DNA of 64,000 nt from Macrostomum lignano (lineage: Eukaryota), in assembly GCA_002269645.1 (NCBI GenBank), contig NIVC01003909.1:6138-70137 (forward strand), read 5' to 3'. The first letter of the stretch is position 1. Every line of letters begins with the position of its first letter. This document shows positions 60,699-64,000 of the stretch, piece by piece. The position numbers were made by a program, and so were the translations under genes. The notes beneath the pieces are model-generated. The model searched no databases. It was given only the letters and a program-made list of their open reading frames with translations, and had not been told where the DNA came from.

Positions 60699-63301
60699 TC
60701 ATAGGCACGTCTCAGCAGAGTCTTTGGAACTCGTGACTACATGCTGTGTTTCACCGTTGCCGACTTGCTCAGATTCCTCTGTATCGACTGTTTCAATCTC
60801 ATTCTGAGCTTCCTGGGTGCCGTTCTCATTGATTTTGCCAGTCTTGGGTTCAACGTCTTGCTTGCGCATCCGCTGCCCAACGACCATGCCGATGTAGATG
60901 AGGAGTTCGACCAGCTCGCAGACGGTCAGAACTGAGACGCCGCTCCAGAGGCCGAGGGCACCTGACACAAATTTGGAGCAACGTTTGGAATGACAAGCAG
61001 CAAGTTCATGTTTTAACTTCACTTAACGCAGCCCATTCAGTCCATTGACAATTATTATACTGTTGTGGATATCAACAGAACAAATATCTCAGACCAGTTC
61101 TTTTAATGACTTTTTGGCTCTTGAAGACTCACTCTAGATGTAACCTAATTTACATTTAGCAAGTAATGCACCCAACAACGAACTCACCACCAATGTCAGC
61201 AACGAGATTCTTAGCAGGATAAGCTTCTTCCTCGGTAATGTCCTCTCCAAAGGCAGACGATGCCTTTACAGTCAGCTTGGCCAGTCGGTTCTTTATGGCC
61301 TGGAGCTGATAGTCAAACTTCAGCAAATCCGACGAGCTCATGTTGTCGCGGGGTACATTCTCGACGCTCTTCGCCGAGAGGTAGGTGTGGTAGATGCTGG
61401 CTATGCCTCGAGAGTTGCTCAAATTGAAGCGGTAACCGGTCAGGGAGGCCAGGTTGGCAAGGAACTTCAGTGCATTCACCCGACTGATGACGGGCCAGGT
61501 GCGCGTAGCCTGGCGCAACACATATTTTCGAATTCCCTGAGACTCGCAAACGCTGAAGGTCTCCTTTTGGTAAAGAAACAAACGGGCCATTTGTCGGACA
61601 TAGCATTGTTCTGTCGCATCCAGGTACGCGACATTGCTTGCTGTTGAAGCAGTACGAGTAGCGATCGAAATAGGCCTCAGGGATCGGCAACGACTCCGGT
61701 AGGCAGTTGCAGGCATCAACGAACTTCTGCACCTGGTAGGCGTAGATGCAGTCCTGGAAGCCGGAAACTTTGAACTCCATTTTTTGCTGAAATCCTCCAC
61801 TGAAATTATTGTATCAGATTTTACAATTAAGTGCAGAATTAAAGATTTGCGCTTGTTAAGAATGCATCTCTTACTCATCCTGGTTGTTTTCCAGGAGGGC
61901 TGCTTTGAGCATAGCAATTTTTGACTCCAATTGGCCGAAGATTGAACAAGATTTCTGGCGTCGATTTTCAGCCTGTGAAAATATTGACGGGCTGGAATAC
62001 TATATAATGTAAATTATAATATTGAGTATTATGAAGGTCTAACCGGCATACTTTGTTAAATTTTTATCACGAGCGCTGGCCCAGCTAGACATCCGGTAAG
62101 TGACTGGAGCCTCTAACTTCTTGCAGGGCAGCTCCGAGCGCGAAATTTTGGTCACGCGGTCATAACGCAGTCGGATCACCACGAGCTGAGCTGGATCTAC
62201 TTCAAAAGCGTACGAGGAGTCGGGGAACTCGCCTTGCGGCAGGATAATCACCTGAATCAATTCGCGATGAAAGAAGGTGCTTAAAGCAGCATAAAACTGA
62301 CTTCCTACCCAAAAGGAAACAGATCTCAGCTTACTTCGGCTGTAATTTTGGTTTGTTACCTTCCTCATTTGCCTCATGAAGCGATTTTAGTTTATGTGTT
62401 TAGGCGTCAATTATCTACTTGCATCTCATACAGACGGATTGAGTTATGCAGTAAGGACACGAAAATATTGTCTCAGGTTTAAGAAATTGGTCAATTTTTC
62501 TAATCTCCTTCGATTTTATTGATTTTATTGGGAATTGACTTTTTCTTTCCCTTTTCCACTCTATCCTTCGAGAGATCTTTTCACTCAGTTTGCAAGGCTT
62601 GAGTGTAAGGATTGTTGAGCTCTTATGATCATAGAGCTCCGTTGTTCGAGGCGCTGCACCATTGCTCGCTGCCTTGCTCAGCCAATGATCACTTTTCTGG
62701 TTTTAAAGTTTGAAAAGGCTTGAAGAGTCCGGATCGTTTTCAATTATTCCAACTAACTAATCCTAAAATCTACGAATGTCGCACTAGTTTTGAGGCAGAA
62801 AACTTGCAGTCAAGCACCCTACTCAGCACAAGCACCCTAACAGTGAATTATTTTTCCAGTCTTTTTAAATTCACCTTGAGCGCATTGTTGGTTTCATCCG
62901 CCAGCATCTCATTGGGCCGGACTCCGGTCTCCAGTTTGCTTATGTTGTCGAATGCTCGTCCAAATGAGTCGGTGGCGTCAGTGAAGAATGTGATTGACAG
63001 CTCCGAGTTGGCCAGCTGGACATTGTTCATGCCAGCCACGAACCGATCTGCTTTGAAGCGGTGACACAGACCCATCTGAGGATGCAGCACATTCAAGAAG
63101 TCATCTTGCGTGCACTTCTGCCCGCCAAAACTGCATTCCGTCAGGCTGACGTCCAGATTTCTGCCGAACTGGCGTTCCAGCAGGTCGGTGCCGATGGAAT
63201 GCCGGATCGCGCCTGTGATGCTCGGGCTCTCGGTGTCTTTAACCAACAAATAGAAATTCATCATTATGGGATTTTCGATAATTCTGCATTCATAGCGGGA
63301 T
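60699..63301 (-). pseudogene. DEG/ENaC locus C; exons 63301-62875, 62251-62052, 61799-61188, 60961-60699; +1 frameshift near 61640; 5' exons degenerate or unresolved
   Basis: CSFGGQKC...HPQMGLCHRF, CNC thumb, LVADIGG|ALGLWSGVSVLTVCE. Splice phases are consistent at all junctions, but the 612-nt exon is 1 nt too long for its phases. Could be a sequencing error. Confidence 0.75.
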
Positions 63302-64000
63302 CTGACAGTGACACCGATACTTTGCGTCCATTTTCGGTCTAAGTTCGTGCGCCCTTTTTTAGCAAAGCCCAAACTTTTCTCCTAAGTCTCCTGAGAATAG
63401 GAGATATTTTGTTTCGAATTTAGCTATGAATTAAAAAAAAAACTCACAGCACATCGGAATGCTACAGGTTCTGAACGTGTAAATGTTTTCTTCATCCGGC
63501 GTATAGACATAGCACCCGGGAGTCAGGCTCGACTCCAGAGTCCATCGAATTTTCCTGATACGAGTATATAGAGATGCAAAAGTGGGAACTTTTTTCACAT
63601 TACATAACGGGATCAACAGTTATTATAAGACACCCTTAGAAGAGATGAATAGCATACTTTAGACTGCCGTAGATATGGATGATGTTCTCTTGGACGTGGC
63701 TGACCGACCGGCAGTAATTGTGATCGCTGAATCCGACGGAGTCCGGCATTTGCAGAAAAGTCCTGGATGCGTTCCAGACTAAAAGTTTATTCAAGGTTTC
63801 GGTTTATGATAAGAACATCAGAATGCCGCACTAAGATTCGATTCAGCCAATAGAAGTACATGTACCGACCGAGTGAGGTTGAGACTTCTGGTCACAGTCT
63901 ACAGGGCAGGCAGGTAAGTACGACTATGTTTACTCTGCTCACCGACACTTACAGAGAGGAGTACATCTAGCATGCCTATTCATAATCGTTATTATCAATG

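Overview
Repeat-rich animal genomic DNA with GT-AG introns and a TTAGGG run. GC level, repeat content and gene families fit a free-living flatworm such as Macrostomum (inference only), so most ORFs in the bacterial-style track are shadows or repeat translations. Host genes, reconstructed by hand with splice phases checked: (1) a tandem trio of small secreted F-type lectin genes (two open, one frameshifted); (2) an intact single-exon 78-aa prepropeptide (signal peptide, acidic pro-piece, Arg/Trp/Phe-rich tail ending in Gly) that looks like an undescribed cationic antimicrobial peptide; (3) a complete 5-exon LARGE xylosyl/glucuronyltransferase gene whose four introns each hold a different minisatellite; (4) three DEG/ENaC loci (one intact, one orphan 5' fragment, one frameshifted). 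Mobile DNA: three Ty3/Gypsy elements or remnants; a very young internally deleted BEL/Pao element inserted in a satellite; a Penelope-like element with inverted pseudo-LTRs and a minimal hammerhead ribozyme; tRNA-derived CORE-like SINEs; long-TIR and MITE-type DNA elements; decayed P-element transposase and Polinton DNA polymerase fragments. About 14 tandem arrays. Best candidate for a new system: the cationic prepropeptide gene next to the non-canonical F-type lectin cluster. All family assignments are from motif recognition; no database search was run.
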